A stretch of 64,000 nucleotides of DNA, taken from an uncultured Candidatus Peribacteria bacterium (GTDB taxonomy: Bacteria; Patescibacteriota; Gracilibacteria; Peribacterales; Peribacteraceae). The stretch spans positions 120 to 64,119 of the forward strand of contig CAZWES010000004.1 in assembly GCA_964632395.1 (NCBI GenBank). The letters run 5' to 3'. The notes below the pieces were generated by a model. That model worked only from the letters and a program-made list of their open reading frames with translations. It ran no database searches and was not told the origin of the DNA. The translations under genes were made by a program, and so were the position numbers. Shown one piece after another: positions 33,724 through 43,378 of the stretch. Numbering within the stretch: the stretch's first letter is position 1; the number at the start of each line of letters is the position of its first letter.

Positions 33724-33921
33724 ATGAAGGAGGTTAGGCTATTTGGATGTGATGGCTTTTTGGAAGCTTTGCAAGCTGACTTAGCAAGGAGAGATTTGGA
33801 TTGCGATGTAGTTCCTATTGGTGACAAGAGTAAGGTTTTTCAGTACAAAGTGATCATCAAATGTGGTGAGGATGTACGTGAGCAAGTACTAAAAGCTGTT
33901 TGGGAGATGACAGAGTCATAG
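33724..33921 (+). CDS. Hypothetical small protein (65 aa)
   Basis: Intact ORF with an ATG start. No motif recognised. Confidence 0.3.
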   Translation: MKEVRLFGCDGFLEALQADLARRDLDCDVVPIGDKSKVFQYKVIIKCGEDVREQVLKAVWEMTES

Positions 33922-33990
33922 TCACCTTCTCATCCTTTTCCTTGCTCTTCCCCAATTTTCGCGTACTCTATCCACACTTTTCCAAATATT

Positions 33991-34194
33991 ATGCCCCGCG
34001 GAAAGCGCATAGTTTTTGCCGGCTTCTGCAAGGAATGCAATCGCAGGAATGCGACTGTGCGGCTGCACAGGCAAAAAGGGGCAAAGAGCTGGAAGGATTT
34101 TGGGCCGACTGATGGGGATCTGAAGAAGTTTTGTCCGAGTTGCAGGAAGAGGACGGCTGTGAAAATAAAAGAGGAGAGGCACAGTGCGAAGTAG
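33991..34194 (+). CDS. rpmG: 50S ribosomal protein L33 (with a short internal insertion)
   Basis: CKECNRRN ... LKKFCPSCRKRT matches the L33 zinc-ribbon pattern C-x2-C-x-RRNY...L-x-K[FY]CP-x-C-[RK]-x-x-T. Confidence 0.7.
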   Translation: MPRGKRIVFAGFCKECNRRNATVRLHRQKGAKSWKDFGPTDGDLKKFCPSCRKRTAVKIKEERHSAK

Positions 34195-34339
34195 GTGAAC
34201 GCCTGTGCACACAAAATGTGTTCAAAACACGAATACAAAGTGTGATCAACCGGAAGTTGAAAATGAAGCTCGACATTCGGGGTTTTACTGATTACATTGC
34301 GATTACTCTTGATCAAGCATTTTGTACAACTCTCTTGCC

Positions 34340-36061
34340 ATGAAAATCGGCGAAGTTATTAAAACTTTATACGGCGTGAATACAGATGTTGCTCTGGTTG
34401 CGCCGGCGGACGCCTCTCATGGTGACCTTACGACTAATGTTTGTATGCAGGTGAGTAAAAAAGTAGGTAAGAGCCCGGAGGAGATCTCGGAGGGTGTAAT
34501 AAGTGCTATTAAAGGTGAGGAAGTAGTTGATTCAGTAGTTTTTGCGAAGCCTGGCTTCATTAACATCACATTGACCGGGGAAGCGAGGATGAAATTGGTG
34601 CAGGAATCGTGGGGGGCGTGTAAGGCGCAGGAGAAGAGGGATGAGGCACCGGTGATCGTGGAGTACTCACATCCAAATATTGCGAAGCCACTTGGCGTTC
34701 ATCACATCCTGAGTACTGTAATCGGGCAGGCGATTACCAATTTGTACCGCCATCAGGGTTATTCAGTTGTAAGTTGGAATTATGTTGGAGATTGGGGGAC
34801 ACAGTTTGGAAAATTGGCGGTGGCGTTGGAAAAATGGGGTAAGAAAGGCAAAAAGGCATCAGATTACACTCTTCAGGAGCTTTTGGATCTGTATGTTAAA
34901 TTCCATGAAGAAGCGGAAAAAGATAAGTCACTGGAGGAAGAAGGGCGTGCGGCATTCCGTCGCCTGGAAGAAGGTGATGAGGATATCCGTGCGTTTTGGA
35001 AGGATGTAGTTGATATCAGCCTAAAGGGTTTGGATGAGCTATATGATCGTCTGCACGTTTCATTTGATGTTACAAAGGGGGAAAGCCCGTACGAGGACGC
35101 AATGCCCGAAATCATCAAGGAAGGGAAAAAGAAGGGGGTTTTTGTGGATGGTGAAGACGGGGCGCTGATCGTAGAGTTTGATGATGAGAGTCTTCCTGTT
35201 TATATGATCGTAAAATCTGATGGGGGTACGCTGTACTCAACTCGTGATCTCGCTTTGGCACTCGATCGAAAGAAATCTTACAAGCCACAGGCAGTGCATC
35301 ACGTTGTGGACGTTGCGCAGCAAACTTACTTCCGTCAACTATTTGCAACAATGGATAAGTTGGGGTGGGAGATGGACCACGAAAACCATGTCGTGTACGG
35401 GCGTATGAGCTTTGCTGAAAAAGGAATGAGTACACGAAAAGGGAACATCCTCAAGCTTGAAGATGCATTGGATGAAGCTGTGAAGCGCGCGGAGAAATTA
35501 ATTGAGGAGAAGGAATCTGAGGTCAAAGGCTCAGAGCGAGACGATCTTGCAGAGATGATGGGTGTGAGCTCATTCGTCTACACAATCCTGAGTCAAAACA
35601 GGAAGCACAACATTGTCTTCACATGGGATAAAGCGCTTACGTTTGAGGGAAACAGCGCACCCTATCTTCAATATACTCATGCGAGGGCTCGCTCAGTTCT
35701 TAGAAAGGCTGAATCGCAGAAAATTATCAATTTACAAGTGTCAATTTTCAAACAATTTTCAATTTTCAAGGATCAAAAGTTGTCTGAGGTAGAGCTCGAA
35801 GAAAAAGAGTTAATTTTGATGCGTCGTCTGATCCTATTCTCAGAAGTTCTTGAGGACGCAAGGCGGGATGCAATGCCACATAAACTCACAAACTATCTCT
35901 ATTCCCTTTGCCAGGATTACAACACGTTTTACAACGCACTCCCAATTCTAGATTCCAAAGATCCCGTTCGCTCGCTTCGGTTGGCTTTAACGGGCATCAC
36001 TTCCGACATCTTAAAAACCGGTGCCGAGATTCTTACTCTCCGCGTGCCGGATCGCATGTAA
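34340..36061 (+). CDS. argS: Arginyl-tRNA synthetase
   Basis: Class I HIGH-like region YSHPNIAKPLGVHHI. YSTRDLA motif. C-terminal DALR anticodon-binding domain (LTNYLYSLCQDYNTFY...). The ORF is open from TTG 34322. Confidence 0.9.
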   Translation: MKIGEVIKTLYGVNTDVALVAPADASHGDLTTNVCMQVSKKVGKSPEEISEGVISAIKGEEVVDSVVFAKPGFINITLTGEARMKLVQESWGACKAQEKRDEAPVIVEYSHPNIAKPLGVHHILSTVIGQAITNLYRHQGYSVVSWNYVGDWGTQFGKLAVALEKWGKKGKKASDYTLQELLDLYVKFHEEAEKDKSLEEEGRAAFRRLEEGDEDIRAFWKDVVDISLKGLDELYDRLHVSFDVTKGESPYEDAMPEIIKEGKKKGVFVDGEDGALIVEFDDESLPVYMIVKSDGGTLYSTRDLALALDRKKSYKPQAVHHVVDVAQQTYFRQLFATMDKLGWEMDHENHVVYGRMSFAEKGMSTRKGNILKLEDALDEAVKRAEKLIEEKESEVKGSERDDLAEMMGVSSFVYTILSQNRKHNIVFTWDKALTFEGNSAPYLQYTHARARSVLRKAESQKIINLQVSIFKQFSIFKDQKLSEVELEEKELILMRRLILFSEVLEDARRDAMPHKLTNYLYSLCQDYNTFYNALPILDSKDPVRSLRLALTGITSDILKTGAEILTLRVPDRM

Positions 36062-36162
36062 TTTTTTACCCCCAGTGCCATGCAGCGCACATTCTTCACT
36101 TTCATTATCATCGCATCGATTGGTGTATTGTTCGTCGGATAGAAGAGTCCGGTATAATCCTG

Positions 36163-37536
36163 ATGATGCACATCAAAGCCTCAGTTTTGGCAATACCAGC
36201 ACTCATAATCCTCACTTCGTGCGGAGGCTCCGAGGAGTTCGAGGATACTTTTACGTTCACGGAATCAGACGTGGAAGAAATCAGTGCGTTGCTGGATAGG
36301 ATCGAGGGTGAGGAGGGAGTTCTTCCTGAGGGTGAGGAAGGTGAGTCACTTGTTATCCCCGGAGTTGAAGAAATTGAGATAGATGCTGCTGATGCCCATC
36401 GCTTTGATAATCTTCGCTCAGAACTTGGTGCTCTTGAAGAAAATACGTACAGGGTTACGAATGTGTTTTTGAATGTCCGCTCAACTCCATCAATCCATGC
36501 TGATCTTGTGGAGGAGTTAAGGCAGGGCGATTATGTCCGAGTGCTTTCTTTCCCGGATGCAAAGTGGGCGGAGGTTCAGCTCTCGGATGCGCGCAAAGGA
36601 TTTGTCTCCACGGCTTATATTTCTCAGGTCATCTCGGAAAACCAGCTTGAAGAAGTCAAAAAACGATACGAGGGACAGTACGAGGTCAACTTCCGGTTTT
36701 TAAATGTCCGTTCGGAACCCTCAACTCAGGGGCTAAAACTCGGTGAGTTAAACGCGCATGAAATCGTCAAACCAATCGCGTTTCATGACGACTGGGCACG
36801 CGTTCCATTTGGCGATGGCGAGGGATTTGTTGCAGCTGATTATCTCAAACCATATTTCCCAAAACTGATTGTTCGTCAGGAAAAATTTGCATTGCCGATC
36901 TTGCGTTACCGCGGAGATGATCCGGAAGTTGCGGATGTTCTTGTGCGCCAGGTGGCATTCCTAAAGTCACAGGGGAAGAAGGTGATGACTCTTCGCGATT
37001 TTTATAATCTGCTTATGAAACAGGAGAGGGAGGATGCAAATCTCCCGGAGGGGCGAGTTCTCCTGCTTATTTCTGATGTGACTAAAGAAACAGTCAAAGA
37101 TATTGCAGATGCGCTCCGGGCATCTTCTGTAACCGCAACGTTCTTCTTCCAGACAGACCAAATCGGACAGGGCGGAATTTCCCCTCAAATTGTTAAGTCG
37201 ATTGCCTCGAACGGGAATGATGTACAATCCGCGTCTTTTAGTGGGGATGACCTGCGTGCAATGACGAATACAAATATCCTCAAAGAGCTCGCACAAAGCC
37301 GGCAGATTCTGGAGGACATCACGGGGCAGGATGTCTTTGCGGTTGCGTATCCTCGTGGAGGGGTCAACGATCGTGTTGCGGAGCAGGCTGTGCAGACGGG
37401 GTACCTATTTGGAGTCACTTTGACTCCTGCAGTGGGTGAGAGTTTTGAGAGGGCTCAGTTTTTGAAGTTGCCCTCGAATAGTATTACGTCTTCTACGACG
37501 GAGGGGACGTTGAAGTCGTTGGTGGGGATTAAGTGA
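36163..37536 (+). CDS. Lipoprotein with two SH3b-like domains and a polysaccharide-deacetylase-like (NodB-fold) C-terminal domain
   Basis: Signal peptide and lipobox MMHIKASVLAIPALIILTSCGG. Two repeats of the form FLNVRS.PS....L.E......V....D.WA.V. C-terminal ATFFFQTD...AVAYPRGGVND resembles NodB, but the canonical Asp/His motifs are diverged. The ORF track extends it to 35908, overlapping argS. Confidence 0.6.
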   Translation: MMHIKASVLAIPALIILTSCGGSEEFEDTFTFTESDVEEISALLDRIEGEEGVLPEGEEGESLVIPGVEEIEIDAADAHRFDNLRSELGALEENTYRVTNVFLNVRSTPSIHADLVEELRQGDYVRVLSFPDAKWAEVQLSDARKGFVSTAYISQVISENQLEEVKKRYEGQYEVNFRFLNVRSEPSTQGLKLGELNAHEIVKPIAFHDDWARVPFGDGEGFVAADYLKPYFPKLIVRQEKFALPILRYRGDDPEVADVLVRQVAFLKSQGKKVMTLRDFYNLLMKQEREDANLPEGRVLLLISDVTKETVKDIADALRASSVTATFFFQTDQIGQGGISPQIVKSIASNGNDVQSASFSGDDLRAMTNTNILKELAQSRQILEDITGQDVFAVAYPRGGVNDRVAEQAVQTGYLFGVTLTPAVGESFERAQFLKLPSNSITSSTTEGTLKSLVGIK

Positions 37537-38189
37537 TAGAATGGCTTTCCATGTCATTCCTCGATTTCCTCTTTCCCAAGCAATCCCTCGGTGGCCGAGA
37601 AGGTGCGTGGGTCACGGAAGAAGAGCTTGAGAGCCTCACGCTCAGGCCAAAAATCTTTGAGATTCCAGAGCTCAGGAAGCGTGGCATAAGATCGCTGGAC
37701 CGTGTTTTTGCAATGGGCGGGTATCATGACTCTCGTCTTTTAAAAGATGCGATTCACACGTTCAAGTACAGGAGGATTCCGGGGGTGGGGGAGGCGTTGG
37801 CGGATAAATTATCGGAGTCATCTTGCAATGTGATTGATAGTGATTCCTGCCTCTGCCCCGTCCCCCTCCATTTCCTCCGCAAATTCTGGCGTGGGTTTAA
37901 TCAGGCAACATATCTTGCGGAGCGTGTCAGTAAATCTGCAGGAGTCCCGGTTTGCAATCTTCTCAAACGGACACGGCCTACTGGCCATCAGGCAAAGCGT
38001 GGGAAGAAGGAGAGGTGGAAAGCGCTTCGTGGAGCGTTTCGGATGAAGTCAAAAAATTGTGATGGTCATAAAACGGTTTATCTTGTGGATGACGTGTTTA
38101 CGACTGGTTCAACGTTGGAGGAGTGTGCGAGGGTACTTAAGAAGGGGGGTGTGGAGAGAGTGGAGGCTGTGGTGCTCGCGTATGATTGA
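37533..38189 (+). CDS. comFC: ComF-family phosphoribosyltransferase-like protein
   Basis: PRTase motif VYLVDDVFTTGSTLEE. N-terminal Cys-containing region. Confidence 0.75.
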   Translation: MIEWLSMSFLDFLFPKQSLGGREGAWVTEEELESLTLRPKIFEIPELRKRGIRSLDRVFAMGGYHDSRLLKDAIHTFKYRRIPGVGEALADKLSESSCNVIDSDSCLCPVPLHFLRKFWRGFNQATYLAERVSKSAGVPVCNLLKRTRPTGHQAKRGKKERWKALRGAFRMKSKNCDGHKTVYLVDDVFTTGSTLEECARVLKKGGVERVEAVVLAYD

Positions 38190-38273
38190 CCCCACATCAT
38201 TTTCCCCCGAACGCAATCCGATCTCTGTGGAAAACTTTTATTTTTTCCACAGTGGGGGTACTCTCCATTTCCC

Positions 38274-39419
38274 ATGACGTGGATACTTTCTGGAATTGCA
38301 TTCCTGGCTTTACTGACTCTTCTCGTTATTGCCCATGAACTCGGGCATTACTTTGCATCTGTTTGGTCAAAAGTTACAGTCGAGGAATTTGGCTTTGGCT
38401 TGCCACCTAGAGCCAGAAAGCTATTTAGCCACAAGGGTACTCTATTCTCTCTTAACTGGATCCCATTCGGAGGATTCGTTCGCCTCAAAGGGGAGAACAG
38501 CCTGGATCCTCTGGAACGAAAAAAGAAAGGCAGCTTTGTTGCGGCTTCCATTCCTGCGCGGCTGATCATTCTCTCCGCAGGAGTCTTTATGAATTTTGTC
38601 ATTGCGCTTTGTCTATTCACTTTCGGATTCTGGGCGTGGCAATGGGCGCCGACGTATCTCAGCTTGGATGCTCTTAAAGATGGAGAAGCAAGAAGCGAAG
38701 TGCAGGTAGAGTGGACTCTTTACGTTTCGGAAGTTGTGGAGGGGGCAAATGCTGAGGAGGCGGGTGTGGAGAATGGCGAAATTCTTTCTGCTATAAACGG
38801 CGAGCGTGTCACAACGGTGGAAGAGGTCCTTGCAATTCAGGAGGGAAAAAGTTCGGTTGAGTACACGCTACTCTCCGATGCTGATGCACTTGCAACTACG
38901 GAAGACGAATTTCGTAACAAGCGAACAGTTGAAGTTATGCTTGATGACGGGAAATCCGGCGTTGCTCTCTCACCGTTTGCACTAAATATCACTGGGTCCG
39001 AGAGATCGCTTACAGAAGGCGTTTCTCTCGCATTACGAGAATCATGGACTGTTACTTCGGGGACCGTTCAGGGTGTAGGGCGTCTGCTTGGCAATCTGTT
39101 CATAGAACAACGTGTTCCAAGTGATATCGCCGGCATTGTTGGAATTGCACAGCTTACACACAGTTCAGTGCAGCAGGGATTGATGAAATATCTCAGGCTT
39201 GTTGCTCTTCTTTCTTTGAGTCTTGCAGTCCTGAACATCCTCCCGTTCCCTGCACTTGATGGAGGGCGAGTGGTATTTGTGCTTTACGAACTCATTGTAC
39301 GAAGGCCCGTAAACCGCCGGTTTGAAGTTGTGACGAATGGTCTGGGAATTGCTTTCATTATGGCATTGATGCTTGCAGTTACGTGGAACGATGTGCTTCG
39401 TATCCTATCTTCTTCCTGA
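38274..39419 (+). CDS. rseP: RIP site-2 metalloprotease (M50, RseP-like)
   Basis: HExxH AHELGHYF, a central PDZ-like segment, and NILPFPALDGG (LDG motif). Confidence 0.88.
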   Translation: MTWILSGIAFLALLTLLVIAHELGHYFASVWSKVTVEEFGFGLPPRARKLFSHKGTLFSLNWIPFGGFVRLKGENSLDPLERKKKGSFVAASIPARLIILSAGVFMNFVIALCLFTFGFWAWQWAPTYLSLDALKDGEARSEVQVEWTLYVSEVVEGANAEEAGVENGEILSAINGERVTTVEEVLAIQEGKSSVEYTLLSDADALATTEDEFRNKRTVEVMLDDGKSGVALSPFALNITGSERSLTEGVSLALRESWTVTSGTVQGVGRLLGNLFIEQRVPSDIAGIVGIAQLTHSSVQQGLMKYLRLVALLSLSLAVLNILPFPALDGGRVVFVLYELIVRRPVNRRFEVVTNGLGIAFIMALMLAVTWNDVLRILSSS

Positions 39420-39424
39420 CTCTT

Positions 39425-39570
39425 ATCATGGAAAATTTTCAATTATCAAGGATCAATTATCAAACAATTTTCAAATATCAATTTTCAATTTTTCAAACGT
39501 TTGATACTTGAAAATTGATACTTGTTTGGAAATTGTAAATTGTAAATTGAAAATTTTCTCCGACCACTTT
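39425..39570. repeat. AT-rich palindromic element (family C) immediately upstream of dnaA
   Basis: CAAATATCAATTTTCAATTTTTCAAACG / TTTGATACTTGAAAATTGATACTTGTTTG plus TGTAAAT tandem repeats. One arm (reverse complement of 39513-39570) is about 85% identical to 35720-35780 inside argS. Confidence 0.75.
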
Positions 39571-39584
39571 CCCGTCAACAAAAA

Positions 39585-41018
39585 ATGAGTGTATCGCAGT
39601 GCAAGACCCTCTGGACTTCCATACTCAAAAAGCTTGAGCCCACGCTCCAACGCGCGATGATGATCACTTGGTTCAAGGATACCGCGGTTTTGGGCAAAGA
39701 TGAGGGTCAGCTCATCGTAGGTTTGCCCCTCCCCATGTTTTTGAACTGGCATCTGGAGCACTACAAGGATCAAATCCTAAAAGTTGCAAAGGAACTTGAT
39801 CCTTCGATTGAGAAAATCGTTTATCACGTGGATCTTTCGCTGCAGGATGATGAGACGCGCGCGGTGGATATCCTAAAACTCTTTCCGGAGAAGAGAAGTA
39901 GGAAGCTCCCGAACAAACCGGAAGTCAAATTAGGGGAAGGCCTTAAAAGCAAGATGCTCAACCCGCGTTATACGCTGGATAGTTTTGTTGTTGGGCCGAG
40001 CACCCGCCTTGCACATGCCGCCGCACTCTCCATTGCTGCACAGCCGGGAGGAAAGTATAACCCATTCTTTATATACGGCGGAGTTGGTCTTGGCAAAACT
40101 CATCTTTTGCAGGCTGTTGGGAATGAGCTACTCAAAAATGATCCGAGTGCAACGGTTCTTTATACAACTTCGGAAGAATTTACGAATCAGGTTGTGGAAG
40201 CTATCAAGCATCAAAAAATGGAGCAGCTCAGAAGAAAATATCGTCAGGTAGATATGCTGATCATTGATGACATCCAATTCTTTGCAGGAAAAGAACGAAC
40301 ACAGGAAGAGTTCTTCCACACGTTTAATACGCTTCTGGAAGCCAGAAAACAGGTCGTCATCAGTTCCGATCGCACTCCGCAGGAGCTACATGACACAGTT
40401 CAGGATCGCCTACGTTCGCGGTTTGAGCGCGGCATGGTCGCAGATGTAAAAATGCCCGATTACGAAACGCGTCTTGCAATTCTCACGGAACGTGCAAAGG
40501 AATACGAGATAATCTTTGATCACAAGGTACTCGCGTTCATTGCAAAATATGCAACCGATAGCGTGCGCAGTCTGGAAGGCATACTCATGCAGGCCGTTGC
40601 GCAGTATGATTTGGAAAAACAAACGCCAACGGAAAATTCGATTGCGGAAATTATGTGCAAGCTCTCGCGCGATCCCGGTAAGGCAGAGGAAGATCCGGTA
40701 GGGTTTGATGTTCCTGCAAAAAGAGCGCCACGCATCGAAGACATTCTGGAAAATGTAAGCGGTTATTACTCCATTCCAATTCAGGAGATGGTTGGAACGT
40801 CCCGCACCCGCGACACACTCATCCCGCGGCAGATTGCAATGTATCTCTGTTCCAAGCATCTTAGGATCAGCCTGCAAAAACTTGGCGAGCGCTTCTCCGG
40901 TCGCGATCACTCAACAGTCATCCATTCCGTTAAAAAGATCAAAAATAAGATTAATGAGGATCCGGGGTTGATACGGGAGATTAATGCGATTGAGAGGGAG
41001 TTGGGGGTGGGGGTTTAG
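39585..41018 (+). CDS. dnaA: Chromosomal replication initiator protein DnaA
   Basis: Walker A GGVGLGKTHLL, Walker B LIIDDIQF, domain IV signature ERFSGRDHSTVIHSVKKI. Confidence 0.95.
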   Translation: MSVSQCKTLWTSILKKLEPTLQRAMMITWFKDTAVLGKDEGQLIVGLPLPMFLNWHLEHYKDQILKVAKELDPSIEKIVYHVDLSLQDDETRAVDILKLFPEKRSRKLPNKPEVKLGEGLKSKMLNPRYTLDSFVVGPSTRLAHAAALSIAAQPGGKYNPFFIYGGVGLGKTHLLQAVGNELLKNDPSATVLYTTSEEFTNQVVEAIKHQKMEQLRRKYRQVDMLIIDDIQFFAGKERTQEEFFHTFNTLLEARKQVVISSDRTPQELHDTVQDRLRSRFERGMVADVKMPDYETRLAILTERAKEYEIIFDHKVLAFIAKYATDSVRSLEGILMQAVAQYDLEKQTPTENSIAEIMCKLSRDPGKAEEDPVGFDVPAKRAPRIEDILENVSGYYSIPIQEMVGTSRTRDTLIPRQIAMYLCSKHLRISLQKLGERFSGRDHSTVIHSVKKIKNKINEDPGLIREINAIERELGVGV

Positions 41019-41085
41019 GATCAGGGCTTGCGTGCCGTGAAAAGTCTTGACTCAAGTTGCCTGTAGATAGTATTGTCCTGCACCC

Positions 41086-41415
41086 ATGGCAGATGACAAA
41101 TCAACACCGGCAACAAAGCAGGATATTGAGATGCTTATGAAAGAAATGGCGAAGTTATACGATCATACATCAGCAGTAAAAGAAGAGCTAAGAGAAGAAC
41201 TAAAAGAAGAACTTACCAAAGACCTGAAGAGGTACATCGATAAAAAACATCAGGACACGCTGGACGAGATTAAGTTTTACAATGGGAAGCTCCAACGTGA
41301 TTTTGTATCTGCAATGGGCGACCAGACAAGCCAATTCAAGGACAGAGCCGACAATCATGAAATCAGAATCACAAAAGTTGAGCATCGTCTGGAGACTGCA
41401 GGAATTGGAGTCTGA
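41086..41415 (+). CDS. Hypothetical coiled-coil protein (109 aa) between duplicated dnaA 3' ends
   Basis: Charged heptad-like sequence (KEELREELKEELTKDLKRY). Its TGA stop is in the same frame as, and 6 nt before, the dnaA-3' duplicate. Confidence 0.45.
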   Translation: MADDKSTPATKQDIEMLMKEMAKLYDHTSAVKEELREELKEELTKDLKRYIDKKHQDTLDEIKFYNGKLQRDFVSAMGDQTSQFKDRADNHEIRITKVEHRLETAGIGV

Positions 41416-41421
41416 CCGTCC

Positions 41422-41556
41422 GGCGAGCGCTTCTCCGGTCGCGATCACTCCACAGTCATCCATTCCGTTAAAAAGATCAAAAACAAGATTAATGAGGATC
41501 CGGGGTTGATACGGGAGATTAATGCGATTGAGAGGGGGTTGGGGGTGGTGGCTTAG
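41422..41556 (+). pseudogene. Duplicate of the last 135 nt of dnaA (45 codons plus stop)
   Basis: 130/135 identical to 40884-41018, including the TAG stop. Confidence 0.9.
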
Positions 41557-41610
41557 AAGAGTATTAAATTGCTATCAAATAGCTGGCAACGTACAAAAAT
41601 AAGTCATACA

Positions 41611-42531
41611 ATGTTTTCGATGCAAACCGTAAGCCACCAGAAATTGGCATGGCACACTTTGGTCCGGCCTACGCCGGAGGAGCTAAACGTGCTCCAGGAA
41701 AAGTATAGCTTCCATGAACTTGATATCGAAGACTGCCTTAGTGAGCACGAGAGGCCGAAGATTGATGAGTATGAGGATTACCTGTTCCTTGTTTTGCACA
41801 TCCCGTATTTTGATAAGGCAACGAGGAGTATTCTGAAGGATGAGGTTCACCTTTTCGTCGGGCAAAACTATGTGATTACGTTGAATGATGGAAAGATAAA
41901 AGTTCTGGATGAGTTCCGTGAGATGCTGGAAAAATCGGGTGCTGAGTGTGAGGAATATCTTGGTAAGGATGCGGGGTACTTTTTGTATGAGCTCATCAAT
42001 TTGCTTTTTGAGTCCTGTTTTCCGCTTGTAGATGGGCTTACCAAGAAGCTCCGGGAACTTGATGCAATTCTTTTTGAGGCGGAGCGTGAGGAGAAAGTTC
42101 TTCGCACTATCCTAGAACTCAAGCGAAGCATTATCGCGATGCGCCGCATCCTGCTTCCGCAACGTTCGCTTGTTGCATCGCTTGAACACAAAAGTAAAAA
42201 ATTCATCAGTGAGGATATGGATGTTTATTTTGATGATGTGCTTGATGCAATTGAGCGGCAGTGGGCACTTTTGGAAACTGCCAAAGAAGTAAGCGATGCA
42301 CTGCAGCAATCTTTTGAGTCGTGGATTCAAAATAAGACGAACCGCATCATTCGTTTCCTGACTGTGATGTCCGTAACTATGCTTCCGCTTACTGTGATCA
42401 CAGGGTTTTACGGAATGAATGTTCATCTTCCTTATGCAAAGGAGGTTTATGCGTATTTTGGGATTGCAATTGTTTTGTTTGTATTTCTTGTGGCATCGCT
42501 TGCGTATTCTGTTTGGCGTAAATGGCTCTGA
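41611..42531 (+). CDS. corA: CorA-family magnesium/cobalt transporter
   Basis: GFYGMNV (GMN motif) followed by two C-terminal TM helices. The ORF is open from TTG 41569. Confidence 0.88.
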   Translation: MFSMQTVSHQKLAWHTLVRPTPEELNVLQEKYSFHELDIEDCLSEHERPKIDEYEDYLFLVLHIPYFDKATRSILKDEVHLFVGQNYVITLNDGKIKVLDEFREMLEKSGAECEEYLGKDAGYFLYELINLLFESCFPLVDGLTKKLRELDAILFEAEREEKVLRTILELKRSIIAMRRILLPQRSLVASLEHKSKKFISEDMDVYFDDVLDAIERQWALLETAKEVSDALQQSFESWIQNKTNRIIRFLTVMSVTMLPLTVITGFYGMNVHLPYAKEVYAYFGIAIVLFVFLVASLAYSVWRKWL

Positions 42532-42583
42532 TGCGCTTCGCGCGAATTGATAATGGCTAATGGATAATTGATAATGGAAAATT

Positions 42584-43351
42584 ATGAAAAATTTCAGATT
42601 AAAAATTGCGGCTGTCATCATCGTAGCTGTTTTGTTGGTTGTGGTTGGTGGTGTGTTTTTGAGTCAGAAGATTGCACATCGGAGAAATGTTCGGGAGGCT
42701 GAGGAGCTGCTTTCGCGTGAGCTTCCTCCGGTTACTGAGGTGGTTAGTGCAACTTCGGTGGAGTCTGGAATCAAGGATGAGGTCAACTTACCGGTTCCCT
42801 TCACCGTTCAGGCGCCGCATGGTGATTGGGGAATGCCCTATCAGGAAGCTTGTGAAGAGGCTGCAGCTTTGATGGCAATCAGGTATTCCTTTAGCAATCC
42901 AATTTTGGATGCGGATGATGCGGATACTGCTATCAAAGACCTCGTGCGTGATACTGACGTTTTGCTTAACTCGGGAGTAGATCAAACGGCAGAGGATGTG
43001 ATGGATCTAATCATAGAAATTGAGCACCTGATGCCGGTCAAACTGATTCACAATCCATCCGTAAAAGATTTGAAGATCCAGCTTTCGATGGGCAATGTTG
43101 CAATAGTACCGGCAGCGGGGAGGAAGCTTGGGAATCCTTTTTACAGTGGTGATGGGCCTCGGTATCACATGCTGGTTCTTCGCGGATACACTGCGGATGG
43201 GTACTTCATAACTAACGATTCCGGTACAAGGCGTGGGGAAGGTTATCTATACCTGTTTGATGTTGTGATGGAAGCGATGGGGGATTGGAATGATGGGAAG
43301 CCGGAAAGTGGTGAGAAGGTTGTGGTGGTTGTTGGAAAAATGGCTGGATGA
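42584..43351 (+). CDS. Membrane-anchored peptidase C39-like domain protein
   Basis: N-terminal TM anchor. VPFTVQAPHGDWGMPYQEACEEAAALMAIRY resembles the Q...C catalytic region of the Peptidase_C39_2/YvpB-like family. Confidence 0.5.
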   Translation: MKNFRLKIAAVIIVAVLLVVVGGVFLSQKIAHRRNVREAEELLSRELPPVTEVVSATSVESGIKDEVNLPVPFTVQAPHGDWGMPYQEACEEAAALMAIRYSFSNPILDADDADTAIKDLVRDTDVLLNSGVDQTAEDVMDLIIEIEHLMPVKLIHNPSVKDLKIQLSMGNVAIVPAAGRKLGNPFYSGDGPRYHMLVLRGYTADGYFITNDSGTRRGEGYLYLFDVVMEAMGDWNDGKPESGEKVVVVVGKMAG

Positions 43352-43378
43352 TGCGCATTTTTGGGCTATCATCTGCAC

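Noticed and set aside
33922-34316. Cluster of overlapping minus-strand ORFs (33922-34212, 33930-34316, 33989-34276) opposite rpmG.
   Set aside because: The plus strand encodes a recognisable L33 zinc-ribbon protein. The antisense ORFs overlap one another in different frames and lack motifs.
35908-36162. N-terminal 85 codons of track ORF 35908-37536, which overlap the end of argS.
   Set aside because: The extension is His/Arg-rich with no signal. A textbook lipoprotein signal peptide and lipobox (MMHIKASVLAIPALIILTSCGG) begins at 36163, so the gene was trimmed to start there.
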